Below, in pieces: positions 15,957 through 32,449 of a stretch of DNA of 64,000 nucleotides (positions are counted from its first letter, which is position 1; each line of letters begins with the position of its first letter). A model generated the notes under the pieces. The model saw only the letters and a list, made by a program, of their open reading frames with translations. It was not told the DNA's origin and did not search any database. Source of the DNA: Chrysomallon squamiferum (Eukaryota; Animalia; Mollusca). The DNA lies in contig CM022672.1 in assembly GCA_012295275.1 (NCBI GenBank), positions 16,926,001 to 16,990,000 of the forward strand, written 5' to 3'. Position numbers and translations under genes: made by a program.

Positions 15957-17838
15957 GATTATTGCAGAACAGGGCAATCCGGTATAAGGGTAAACTGGAA
16001 TGTTCAATCAGTCAAATTAAGACGGAGTATTAACCTATATACAATGTTGACGATTGCAGTGGGTGTGTTTATTGTATGCAGTAAAGTTCGCGTGCAAGAG
16101 ATATTACGTCAGATTCTTCGACGTAAACACGGCAAAAAAAAAAATATATATATTTTTTTATAATTTTTTTTTTATACAAGCTTAAATCATATCTATACTA
16201 ATTGCACTTAAGTTTCAGTGATGGAAACTGTTTTTTTCCTAATTTTTTTTTTTTCTCTTTTTTTCTTTTTTCTTTTTTCAATTTTTGCAGCTTAAGACTA
16301 CTCTAATTGTACTGAAGTTGCAATGGAAACTGATTGATGCATGTAAAAAGAGTTTCCGCTGTTTCTCAAAATAGATCCGTGCATGTCTTCACCAAAGAAT
16401 GTAAAATCAATTATTGGACGTATTCTGTACAGTGATGGAACGCTTGCTAAATATACTGTAGTTATTGCATCAGTTCAGTTGGTAAACACAACGTCACAGA
16501 TAACAGAGTATTTAGCCTAAGCCGTCTTACGATCTTGTTTTTACGCATGTAATATATAATATATATATATCACCAAGGAAAGAAAACAGTAGAAAGGAAT
16601 GATGGAGATAAAGATTATATTTATTTATTTATCTATTTTAAATAAATTATACAGTAGTGGCCAAAAAAGATCTAACTGTCACGAATTAATCCCATTATTC
16701 TTTGGCATATGTCAAGAAAAAGTAACAGATTTTATATAGCCACACCTGATGTTCGTTTTGTTTTTAAATCAACCAACCTGACGTAATTTCTATACAGAGA
16801 CAAATTAATGGATTGACGTTAATTAACAGAAGGCTCTATTCCATCGTGTCATTAACGATTAAGCTTTACTGACTGGAAAGGCTATCAGCACCTGTTATCC
16901 TCCATAACGACCGATGTTTACAATGCACACGACCCTTCATTTTTTGTTCTTACGAACCTAAGCAAAGGGTTGGCAAGGCTGTATCGATCGCGTGTAACTA
17001 AAACAAACGGCGGAAAACAAGAAACCGCTCGTTTGTTTACCGTGCAAATCTCAGAACCTTGAAATTTAGAGTTTTAACCTTGGAAAGAAGCCAAAAACAA
17101 CATTTTGTAAAAATTATACGTTTATTTTTTTATATATATAAATAAACGGATATTCGTTGAGGAATATCCATACATTCAAACAAAATAATACACAAGCACT
17201 CCGTTTAAACAGTTCATTCACAACGTGTGCGTTTTTCAACCTAGACACACTAAAAGCAGCTATTGTCTGTCTTGCCCGAACAAGTTCCCTCGTAAAGTTC
17301 TTTGTCTGCTTGATCTGAACACCATGGGCCTCACAATGCCCGATGTTCATATTGTTTGGGAACGCCCAAACGCTAAAAATAGCTGCAGGTAATTGGAACA
17401 AAGCACGTGCAGACAAAGAGTAGCTGAGTCGATGACTTGGAGCAAGACGCGTCAATACTTATATATAAATATATAAATATATATATATATATATTTCCAA
17501 ATATTCCTTCTTTGGCAGCTTATGAAAGAAACTATTTCATGATATTGATGACATCGTGATTTCAGACGAACAATACTTAACATTGCTAATACAGTTTTAA
17601 ATGAACACTCACACAAATGAAATAAACATACTCTTACATAGAAAATGATAACACAAACACGTTTTTGATGTTAATAATGTACGAATATGAAATGTATCAG
17701 AACAATGTTTGAGATCTAACAAGAATCGTGACACGATGACGTCACCCTGTTTACACCACTAGTCATGACAATGACTCCACAACGGCAGCTATTACACATT
17801 TTTATTGTCAAGAGTCAATGAAGGTAACAACATCCGAA

Positions 17839-19022
<1,184 letters not shown>

Positions 19023-19580
19023 GCAGTTCAACGACCATCTGAATGCTTGCGACTGGGTCACATGCAGATGGATTAATGGAAACTGGGAAAACCGTGGAAA
19101 CACGGATCTTTTTATTTGGACTGCTGCTGGGAAAACCATGGCTGTCAATTTTGTTGTGATTATTATATCATTAGGGCTTTTCCAGGAAGGCACATACTGT
19201 GCACATTTGTACAATGGTTAGAGGAGAATGTTTAGTAATTGATTCAGTAACTCTAATCTAAATATTTCCGGACCTTAACGAAACTTGCATTCTTGGAGAA
19301 TATTCAAAAATGAAAAATGATTTTGTTACCAGGAATAGTTTATTATATTTTTAAAATTTCGTTTTGTTTTTAGCTACTAATCAGTGGTCGTTCACTGATG
19401 TGATGTTTAAAATGATGTCAAAATACCTGTTGCATTTATTTCTAATAATCTAGCACATTTAACGTCATGTGAAGAAAGTGCGTATACTTGTGTTTAATTA
19501 CATATGTGTATGTGCGTAACTATTGTGTATATGCATAAAATTATGTATATTCGTGTGCGCGATGTTAAATAATAATAATC

Positions 19581-19620
<40 letters not shown>

Positions 19621-20384
19621 TAAAAAAAAAAAATGGCAGTCAGTGAATATAAAATGTGTTTAGATTTGTGAACATATCTACACACACAGATCGCATATAT
19701 ACATGTATACAAGTAAGTGATATCAGTCACATATATATTATTATTATTTAATTATTAATTTTTATTTGTTTTATTTGTTAAGGAACCGGTGAACGAATGA
19801 ATTATTATTATAATTATTATTGTTGTTGTCGTTGTTATTATTATTAATATACAACATACATCGTAAACTTCATAGAGAAAAAAGATAGAAAAAATATCTA
19901 AATGTCCACTCAAATAAATATTTTATATATTTATTGTTGCATAAACTTTTTAACGTATCACAAATTACACGCTTGGAAATAACATAAACAAACTTTATTA
20001 TTATTAATGTTTTAGTTATATAATTTGTTATTAAAATTCGCTTTAATCGTAATATTAATATTTGGCATTCCATCGTCCTTTTAATTTTCACTTTAAATTA
20101 AAGACCAGTCAACAATCGTTCAAAATCGTGACGTTCAGGTATATTTCTCTAACAGTCCCCACCCAACATATTTTTCGTACATTCAATTTACGATGGGCGT
20201 AGTCTTAAAATTCCTGTCCGTCTGTTGACAGAAAGTGAACGCACTGGGCCGTGTAGCGACGAATAGTTTTGTTTTTTTATATCTGAGGAATATTACACAG
20301 CAAATTTGTGAACTATGGAGCAGACACAAAAAGAAATGACTTTTAAAGTGACTGAATTATTATTATTATTTTATTTATTTATTT

Positions 20385-20418
<34 letters not shown>

Positions 20419-20422
20419 TGTC

Positions 20423-20790
<368 letters not shown>

Positions 20791-21193
20791 AAAAAGCACA
20801 ACATAAAACATAAATATATACATATATATATAAAAAATGATACCTATAATTGAATATGTTAGGTAAAGAATATTACTAACAACAAGGAACATAAACAGAA
20901 TGTATATTTTGCTTCTCACAGTTCAGTCGTACCTAAGCTTTAGAAAATTTTTTTATATATTTTTTTTCTTTTCTAAAGGCTGTGAATGGTTGACCAATAT
21001 GTATTGATCCACCCGTTACTGTTTACACGTGCTGTCCCGAACGTCGAAATGTGAAGTATACAATTACGTAAAATATCCAGTACAAGACTGGAATTAGAAG
21101 CAGGTATTAGTAATCATTACGACCATGCTTGCCTGTTAATTATTAATGAAAATTAATATTAATTACTTAAATCTTCCCATCTGCCCCCCCTCC

Positions 21194-21226
<33 letters not shown>

Positions 21227-23562
21227 AAAATTATGACAGTAAACAATTACAACAAAAGCAGCAGTAGTAGTAACAATAATATATTAATTTCAACAAACAC
21301 ATCTTTTCTTCTTTGCTGAATTAGAACACCTCAGAGCTGTGATGTCATATTTGTATTTTTTTTTATTTTGCACCGTGTTTGAGTCTAAACTGTAAACAGA
21401 TTTAATAACACTTTCTGTACATGACATCTGACAGGTCACGTGGTTTAGCGCTCGTTATTTGCTTCACTGGGTATTCACTGTAAGGCATCATTTTGCATAG
21501 TTCTTTCCAAATAAATATTTGTCCAGTGTTAAATCAGTAGCTAGAAATCACAGATGAGTATATATAAGTTAATACGTGTGTACATTAACGATTAATACGA
21601 ATATGTTGGACCACTAGGCTGGAATAAAGCATAGGACTGTGCCAACTGACAGAACTGGAGAACTAATGTCGACTGATCCTGCAACTAGTGGTAGTGCAGG
21701 CAATTGCAAGAACTCTAGCCCATACTACAGCTATTAAAAAAAAAAAAAAAAAAAAAAAAAACCAATATAAAATGGGAGTGAGCTAGGGCATGCAATAACT
21801 GAACAAACCAAGTGTTTGTTGAGGTTGGTTTGGACTGAATTGGTGTAGACTACTACAGCTACAAACTGAAACTCCTTTGTCAGTTTTCTGTGTCACTGAT
21901 TCACGACTGTCCACATTAATAAACAGATCATAGTCCATTCAATTCTGTATTTTTAATGATTCTGAATGGAAATAAAATAAGTTTAAAATTAAAATATATA
22001 ATAATAATAGTAATAATAAAAAAAAAAAACCAACTCATTGATTGCTGTTCAACAATTATTTTATTTATATATATATATATTTTTGAGGTTAATTAATAAA
22101 AAACAGATAAAATGTATATTGTGGTTAAAAAATTTACAAGCTCAAACAAACCCATCTAGTGTTAATGGAAACACTTCTGTAAATGTAAAATATATATTAC
22201 ATGTAAAAAAAAACCCCAACAACTAACAACAACAAAATCACCCCTCAAGCCCCCCCACCAAACAATAAAAGAACCCAACAAGCACAAAAAGCTAACTACA
22301 CCCCCCTGAAAAAGAGGTTAAAAAGATAAAATAAAGATGGAAATAATTTGTTAAATGACTGACAGTGTTACTAGAGTGTAACAGTGGTTAGTTACAGCAA
22401 CCTATTTTCACTCAAAACAACACCTCACATTCACACAACCATTCACCCACTTATTCATCATTTACATACATTGACATCGCGTGCAACAGCCAATATATTA
22501 ATTTGTTCATTCATTCCAGCAAATTTACTCTTTTCTGTTCATTACCAACTTGTACAATTCTTCAACGTTTGTAGTATTTTACACACACAGTCTGCCACAC
22601 CGCTAGCCTTTTGTTTACTTACATCTGCCCTGATCTGGAAAAAAATCCCCAAGATTTTATTTTGGTTATTTTGAGAGGAATAGAAAAATGTAATTAAGAC
22701 TAGACAACACAAAACTGCACTTGTGTTGATTTTTGGAAGTAACAACTAATATTATCAGTTTTGGCAGCTGAAGTGCAAGGCACAGACACATACTGACGAC
22801 TTTGCTAGAATATTTAATTGTATCTGAAGACATTTTATTATTAATGATTATTACCTGTCTGTCAATACAGGGTTTTGTCAGTTTTAATGATTCAAGAAGA
22901 AATCTACAGATGCCACACAAAAAGGTTTTTAACTGACTGAGAGCAAAGAATTTGTTTTATCGACACTTTACAAATGCTGATCTTTAATCATCAAATACTG
23001 TGGTATTAATGTAATGACAAACCAATATAGATGTGAGTGTTAAAAATGAAAACCTAATGTTTAGGTAATATTGTGTAACTTAAAATTTTCTAAAATAATA
23101 ATAACAAAACCAGTTTAAAAAAAAATCTTTGTAAATATGTAGTCTCAGATAAAACCCATATTCATCAGCATATTCAAAATTACAAGAGTACATAAATTAT
23201 TGTTGAGAATTAAACTTCAGATTAGAACAATAACATGTGAGTAATATGTATTAGTAATATGTATTAGAACACATTCAACAGATAGTGCTGCAAAAAAAAG
23301 AGAAAAAAAAAGAAACAAAAAAGAAAAAAAAAAGAAATTTAAATAAAACAAAATTCATGTATATTATTTCCAAACTATTTTTGTTTTGATCATCTCTAAG
23401 GCACTTTTTCTTCATTAAAATCAAGTCATTTTCATGTCAGTTTAACAAAGTAAAAATTTCAAAATTTTCTTTAAAAGCTATTGGAAAAAACACAACTGAA
23501 ACATTATTATAAAGCATGGTTCTGGACGAAATTAATTTTTCATTAACAAAATTAAAACAGAA

Positions 23563-23599
<37 letters not shown>

Positions 23600-23695
23600 A
23601 TTAAAAACATTTTAAAATAATAATAATAAAATCTCCTTCGCATCAAAGGATTTTTCTGTAAAACAAAACAAAAAGCAACCCCAAATATTTCAACA

Positions 23696-24374
23696 TCAAT
23701 GATAGACATTTGGTGAGACAAAACCGAGAACACCCCCAACCAGGTGAAGACTGCCGGTGACAAGAATCTGTATGTGCGCTGCCCCTCGGAGATTGTCGGG
23801 AATGCTGTACAGATCCGTGTCTGTCTGTGTGTCTATCTGCAGGTTGGGATCACGATTCTGAGTTGCCCAGTGCAAGGCTTCCAAGATGCAAGGAAAAGCG
23901 TAGGAAGCTGTGACAGGACAGCTGTTTTCTTGTGCCGTGTCGCCATTTCCCACTGTCGAGTCTGGTCTCTTCAGTGGGTTCTGACATTTCTTTGGAGGTG
24001 GCAAGCTGCTGTCGCAGGTGGTTTCCGAGTCAACGCAGTTTACAAGTGGTTCGCTGACGATGTGCTCTGGTATCTTGTTGTTAATTGCCAGGCAAGAGTC
24101 TAGTTTCTTTGCCTCGCCGTTTGTCACAACTGTACAGTTCTGGCTGTTATTGATGCATTCCCCATTGATGCAATATCTGCACAGACTCTCCCATATGATC
24201 TGGTTATATTTGCTAGCCTTCAGTTGTTTTTCTTTAGTTGCACACACACTGCTCTGATCTGAAAACAAAACAAAAAAACTAATAAAGTTGATATACATAT
24301 AAGTATATAATTTTAATATTAAAAGAAAACAATAGCAAAGATTTATTTAGTTATCATTTAAAAAAAATTTTAGG

Positions 24375-24409
<35 letters not shown>

Positions 24410-24966
24410 TATCATGCAATGGCAATTGCAACGGTGACTCGGTCTGATTAGTTTATGTGATCTGCATGAACTAGACGCACGATTAATCAAATCAACGGGG
24501 ACTCAGTCAAATTAGTTCATTTCACCTTTCTCCTGTAATAAGGCATGAATCACGAATACTCAGTCTTTTTGGTTCATTTCATTTCTACTCTTACTAATTA
24601 TCACTGAATTCAAACATGCTTATTACAGTGATAAAAGTAATTAATATAGTCAGAAAAAGAATCAGGACAATGGAAACTAAACTAATCTTATTTGCAAGGA
24701 TTTACACAGTAATAATTAACTGGTCTATTAGTTATTTTTGTTTTTATTTTTGTGGTAAAATGTCTTGCAGTTTCAATGACTGTTCATGTCAACAAGTGGT
24801 TTCTACTCAGAACAGTGAAGCTCAGTACAATCCTGTAATAAACTAACACTAGCTACATTTAGAACAGACAACCATGGTTTCTCCTAGTAATACTTCAAAC
24901 TTCTGAGAAACAAAGCAAATAGCCAATGTTTCCTGTTTCCTAAGACAGATGTGTATATGTATGTGC

Positions 24967-25014
<48 letters not shown>

Positions 25015-28000
25015 ACACACACACACACACTCACTCACTCACTCACACACACACACATACAGACATACACTCACTCGCACACATACACATATTTTTCTAA
25101 AAAATGTTGTTGATGAATTTCAATGCCAAAATTGAAAAGTCATGTAGTAAGGCTGAAATCACACTAACTGTATTGTATGGTTTGTATTCTAATTAATTCA
25201 CTGAACAGTATTTAAACACTTACCTGGTGTATTGCTGGTTGGCCCACTGAAAGCCAAGTTAGGACAAAACACAACGCCATCAAAATGTATAGACTGAAAA
25301 AATAAAATAAAATAAATCAAATTAATTTTTTTTTTTTAAATTTAAGCCAAAACAATTAACAATACAGGACAGAAAAATGATGCAAATTCTAAAAAACTGT
25401 CAAAGAGAACTATTTCAGTGAAATTTTATTTTTTATTTTAAACAAAAGTTATTCTCTCTTTTAATCACAGTGAAACTGGTTGTCTGGCACAAGCACGTAA
25501 TTATTAGGGCAAATTAAACCCAATCAGTATTTTGTGAGATTAATAACATTTAAATTTTCATTTTCAGCTAATCATTTATTTGACATTTTACCTTCAAAAT
25601 GGACAGAAAATAGGAAACATTTCTCTCTCTGGTGGAATTGAAAATGAGAATTTTGCACACACGACCTCTGGTTAAAAAGAAATAAAATTGTTGTGTACTT
25701 GTTATATTTATAGGGTAGATTTTTAGTAAGATTTTTTTCTGTTTTAATTTAGGAAATGCTTTGTTATTTACTGAACCGTTCTGTTATTATAACATTTTAT
25801 ATCAGATTATAAAGTTATTTGTTGAGTCTCTTACTTTGCTACTCATTTATCTTTTAAATAAAATATTATCCCACTCTTTTGACCTTTACTGGATAATGCT
25901 TTTTATAACGACACTAAATATTTCATGCAGTTTTACTACTTAGTTTTTAATAATATTTTTTTGATTTACTTTAATATGTAATATTTATTGCTCAATTCCA
26001 TATTATTGGGATAATAATATTTTGATAAATATGTTTTACGACTTCAGTTTATTCAACAACCAAGTCAGTGTTGTTATTTCTTGTATTATACTGAACCACA
26101 GCATTTTTAAAACAGAAGTCATAGCATTACAAACATCATCAGACTCACTTGATATCCTCAGCTTCCTTTTTAGACTTCTCACTAAACCACTGCACACATT
26201 GCTGTAAAATAAAAACTGTTATTACATCAGGGCCTTTTCACAAACAGGTTTGATATTAATGTTGTAAAATAAAAACTGTTATTACATCAGGGCCATTTCA
26301 CAAACAGTTTTGATATTAATGCTGAGGCATGACATGATCAGTCCTCCTCAGTGTGACCATATTATCCCATTCCAACAAGGGTTCCCAGCTTTCTTGTCTG
26401 GATGAAGGTCAGTACAGAATGTTTTATAACTGTTTCATGTTTATTTTTAAATCTGAGAAGAGTTTACAGTATTTTCTACACGAGGTGTGTTCTAATAACG
26501 AAGGAAACAAACCTCCATGCTTTCTTTTGTATGAGCGCCATCGAGGTAGTAGGTGAGTCCTGGGTGAAAGACCCTCTGGTTCCTGCCGGGCCACTTACAC
26601 TCAGCAAGTCCTGTGTCACGAGAAACATGCAGGTTAATGTGTGTTGTTTTTGTTTTGTGTTCACTGACGGACAAATACACCGGGACATATACAGAAACTT
26701 CCATCTTAAAAACACCACACTTACACTCACACTCACACACCTACCCACAGCCACAGTTACACACTCACACACCTACCCACTGCCACAACCACACCTACAA
26801 CCTACACCCAGTTACACTTACACTACTACACCTACCCACTGCCACAGCCACACCTACAACTTACCCACTACCACAGCCACACCTACAACCTACACCCAGT
26901 TACACTTACACTCACACACCTACCCACTGCCAGTCACACCTACAACCTACCCACTACCACAGCCACAACCTACACCCAGTTACACTTACACTACTACACC
27001 TACCCACTGCCACAGCCACACCTACAACCTACCCACTACCACAGCCACACCTACAACCTACACCCAGTTACACACTTACACTCACACACCTACCCACTGC
27101 CACACCTACAACCTACACACCTACCCACTGCCACACCTACAACCTACACACCTACAACCTACACCCAGTTACACACACTCACACACCTACAACCTACACC
27201 CAGTTACACACCTACCCACTGCCACACCTACACCCAGTTACTCACACCACCTACCCACTGCCACAGCCACACCTACAACCTACACCCAGTTACACACACA
27301 CCTACCCACTGCCACACCTACAACCTACACCCAGTTACACTCACACACCTACCCACTGCCACACCTACAACCTACACCCAGTTACTCACACACCTACCCA
27401 CTGCCACACCTACACCCAGTTACACTCACACACCTACCCACTGCCACCTACAGCCTACACCCAGTTACACACTCACACACCTACCCACTGCCACACCTAC
27501 AACCTACACCCAGTTACACACACTCACACACCTACCCACTGCCACAGCCACACCTACAACCTACACCTACACCCACAGTTACACACTTACACTCATACAC
27601 CTACCCACTGCCACCTACAGCCTACACCCAGTTACACTCTCACACACCTACCCACTACCATAGCCACACCTACACCCACACATGTACCCACTACCTCAGC
27701 CACACCTACAACCTACACCCACAGTTACACTCACACACGTACCCACTACCACAGCCACACCTACACCCACAGTTACACACTCACACACGTACCCACTACC
27801 ACAGCCACACCTACACCCACAGTTACACACTCACACACGTACCCACTACCACAGCCACACCTACACCCACAGTTACACACTCACACACGTACCCACTACC
27901 ACAGCCACACCTACAACCTACACCCACACTTACACATACACACTGACCCATGCCACAGCCACACTTACATTTTACTTAAACAGCTATCCAGTTTTATACT

Positions 28001-28810
28001 GACAAAGAAAAGTGTCTCACCTTTCACTATGGGTGGGGTTAGTGTGTATGTGGGTAACACAGGAATTTCACTGGTACTGCGAACAGATGTGACATCATAC
28101 AGATAGTCCTGTTCTGAAAATATAAAAGGTTATCTGTTCAGTTTTGTTAAACTGATACATATATGATATTATATACACCTATTTGAAATCTTTGAATATA
28201 TGTAACTGCTTACATATTTGGATTACAAATAAATACAGCTCCATTTTCCAAAATGAATAAACATTTTGAAAGCCTCAGAAACACAACAATAATATTAAAC
28301 AGTTAAATTGAATTACACAGCAACCAGTCTTTATTTCTACTACCACATCAACTTATAAATTATTTGTTCTAACAATCAGAATGAACATATCCATCTGTAT
28401 TAACTTTTTATTAATTTTTATATAACTTTATATAATTAACGCTATTTTCCAGCCATTACTCCAAGCAGCAAGGATTCTTTTTAATTACCAAAAACAGTGT
28501 AAAAACTGAAATGAAGTTATCTCAGTTATTGCCAGACTCACTTTTGTTGGTTCTGTCTACAAACACCTGACACAGCTGTAGCGCCAGACTTGCATTCAGG
28601 TCCTGCATGCAGCCTTCAATTCCTAGACTCAGCTGCTGTCCTTTCACACAGAAACCCTCCAACGCGGGAACACGGTACACAGGAGCCTAAAATAAAAAAA
28701 ATAAAAATTTAAAATAATTAAAAACTTTATTATTTTTTTCATGTAGTATTTTTATGATAGGTTATGTAATAGCTGGAGAACAAATTATATTGAGTGTGTT
28801 AACATCAGTT

Positions 28811-28879
<69 letters not shown>

Positions 28880-29521
28880 GTAATAATAGCAATAAATATA
28901 AAATAAATAATAATAGTAACAGTAATAATAATAATAAATATAAAATAAATAAATATAAATGTATCAGCACTGTTATAGTTAAGGGTATATGTACTAGTAA
29001 CAGTAGGTGTAGTAGAGTAGTAACAATTGTACTAGTAGCAGTAGTAATAAATAAATAAATAAATAAATAAATAAAATAAATACTAACCCCTATTTCCTTT
29101 GATCTTTCTAAGATTACAGTTTCAGCTTCAGGTGGCTGGTCTACAAAAACTGCAGGAACTCCTTTCTGCAATAAAAAAATCTTAGTGAATGAATGATAAT
29201 TTACCAGCATAGATAAAAAAAGTAACTGACTATCGGTGATTGCCTGATAATTTCAGGTGTAGAGTTGTATGCAGAGACACAATCATGACAATGTATGATT
29301 ATGTAAACATAATATAAATTCATCTACTGGCTTTTGTAGGAAATCTCATTCTAATTTTAATGTTGTTTTGGGTTGAGGTTTTTTATATGTAATTTATAAA
29401 TGTTTTTTACAACCAAAGTAATTTTTGATATAATGAATAGAAACACAAGTAAAAAAATGTAAAGAAAAAGACCATCTATTGAAAACAAAACAAAAAACCA
29501 CTAATGATAATGAATATGATG

Positions 29522-29554
<33 letters not shown>

Positions 29555-32415
29555 GTAACAAGAAGAAGAAGAAGAAAAAGTGTAACAATATTAAAAAAAA
29601 TATATACATCTGATCCAGAAATAAAAATTTACCTTAAAAATACCAGCTTTGTTCCAGGCTATTTGGTCTATTGTATTTCCCAGAATTTCCACGTGGTCTA
29701 TTCCCAAAGATGTAACACCACACACGACTGGAGAGGGGACGACGTTGGTCGAGTCGTACTCTCCACCAATACCAACTTCCATGACAGCTACATCAACGTT
29801 TTCTTTAACAAACACGTTGAAGGCCATGACGGTGAGAAAAGCAAAATAAGTGGGCATCTGCCTCTCTTTGAGATCATTCTGCAAATACAAATATTATACT
29901 GAATGTAATCAGTGAATAACTAAATTGCTAGACTTGGAGTATTCAGAGGAAACTACTTACTGCTTGGTGTCTATATGTGGTGTTAAAATATAATAATAGG
30001 AACTAGTATTTTTGGCACATTTTAAAAACAACAGCAACAGCTCATTCCAAACTGTAGTGTCTGACATAAGTTATATATTTTTATCATCTCATATTTTGTC
30101 ACAGGTGATGCCTATTGCTTGGTGACAAGGTGTCTATCCAATGCCTTATGGATCACTAGATCAATCATTGCTAAGGTAGCAATAATGGCTTTTCAAAAGC
30201 AATTTTGTATATTCTGTGACAAAATGGATTTTTATAAAATTCTTTTTCGCTCTGATTAGACCTAAAAGTATGTTCTGTGTGGTTTTGTTATAAAGTTGCA
30301 TTTGCTACCACAGAAACAATAATATCTTTTTAAGCTGAGACTAATTTTATGTACATTATCAAAACACAACACACATATCTGCACAGACAAATACAGTGTA
30401 TTATTATGCTTTATAATAAAGAATAATGATGTTAAAAAATGTGGTGGTATTATTCAGGTACTTTTTGAAATCAGAAAGTTTAAAGAAAAATGAAAGATTA
30501 TAAAACATGAATATGATAAACCTAACACACTTTGGTTGAAACCAGCTTGTTGTAGACGTCAAAGAAGTAGGAGGAGAATTCATCATCTGATAATGGCTGA
30601 CCATTGATTCGGAATCTCTCGGTAACTTTCACCAAATGTGGTGAGCTAAAAAAAACAAAAAAAAAAACAAAAAACATGAAGAGGTGGATAAATATGAAAA
30701 TGGAATCCATATAAAACAAGGGTCAGCATCCTTTTGGAGAAAGCAGGCCAGAGAGCTATGTAGTGATATGGAGGAGGGCCAATATATCAAATGTACACCC
30801 CCCATCTATCTCTCTCTCTCTCTCAATTCTATTTTCAACACTGAGCACCAAAAAGGGATGCTAGGAAGCAAGGCTGCTTTGGTCTGGATGTTTAAAGAAA
30901 AAAACAATGAAAATAATGTAATAATTGGTGTCCAAGTGTTCAGTTGGTGGGCTGGACTAAATTCCCTCAATGGCCTGATGTGTCTGCAGGCCAAGAGTTG
31001 CCAACCCCTGATATAAAATATGGTAATGTGACCAGATAAAATGTAATGTCTATCAGTCTGTCTGTCTGTATGTGATGATAATATCAAATAAAGAAAAGTA
31101 ACAATTAACACAGAACTAAGTTCTTGCTTAAATTCTAATTCATCACATTAAAGAAATGGATGATCAAGTACAGAGGCTAAAATATTTCTGAATTTTTATC
31201 TGTGGAACAATGAAACAGATTAATACTTTAATAATAAGTATCTTAACAGTCGTGGAAAAAAACAAGCATGCATTAATTTTACAACAATAATGATAAAATT
31301 TTATTACATAGTCTGACAAAAAAAACCAAACAATAACAACAACAGCAATAGTAAGAGAGATATTAGTAAGAAAAATGCTGTTGTACCTAAAAAAGCCAGT
31401 CTTGTAGCCTCTGTGTCGTAAAATACTCTCACAAAAAGCTGATGTTGACCCTTTGCCCTTTGTGCCACTGATGTGAATCACAGGTAACTTGACGATGTCC
31501 TCCATCTTGACATCGGTTGTAGAAGTAACAAAACAAACAACAACAAAGTGATTTAAAAAGTCTTCAGACATTTTGTTGGAAACCACAAAATAAAATTTTA
31601 ATGAAACGTATAATAAAGAAATCTTTTTTTTTAGAAAATATGAAATAAAATGTGACAAAATAATAAAATAAAATACCACAAAAAAGTAAAAAAAAACAAC
31701 ATTTGTTTATAAATAAATAAATAAAATGAAAATAGGATGCTACTAATTAGAAAGAACAGTCTTTGATGTATCAGTCTTTTGGCTTTTCTTTCCTTTCACA
31801 CCTGTATCACCGACACACTGTGTTCATTCATTCACGTCTGTAGATAAGTATAACCAGCCTACCTTTTCTGCAGGTACGTAGTTCTAGGACACCCCATGGG
31901 GGAACCCAACGACTACAGCATTTGTTATTTATTATTAAGTACATTGCACATTATCTGACATGATAAAAAGTGGAGTCGGAGACTGCAGTGGTTTGTTGTC
32001 TGGTTATTTGTAGTAAACGTATTATTCTGTTTATTTAAGTTACCGTAAGGCCACTCCGCTGTATGTAATCAATCATGCATGGAACATTCTTCTTGCACCA
32101 TGTCTCTCTTTCCTTGCGTATTTCTGCAATGATTTCTGCATTGGATTGTAGACTGTTCAGAGTATATACAGCATCCTTTAAAAAAAAAAAAAAAAAAAAA
32201 AAAATATATATATATAACACACACACACACACACTTATACATTAAATAATTAAAATAATAAAATGTAAAAAAACAATAATTAAAAAAATAAATTAAAAAA
32301 TAAAATAATACATTTTAACATAATATTCTAAAATACAAGTTTTGAGGGTTAATTTCAAATATGTTTGTTTGTTTCTCTTTCTATGTAATTCTGCTATACG
32401 TGTGTGTTAAAATAA

Positions 32416-32449
<34 letters not shown>

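Noticed and set aside
26402-28106. 514-aa, 497-aa and 106-aa Thr/His/Pro-rich plus-strand ORFs resembling a mucin or extensin
   Set aside because: All frames are open because the C/A-rich minisatellite lacks stop codons. The ORFs lie antisense within an FPGS intron and overlap real FPGS exons.
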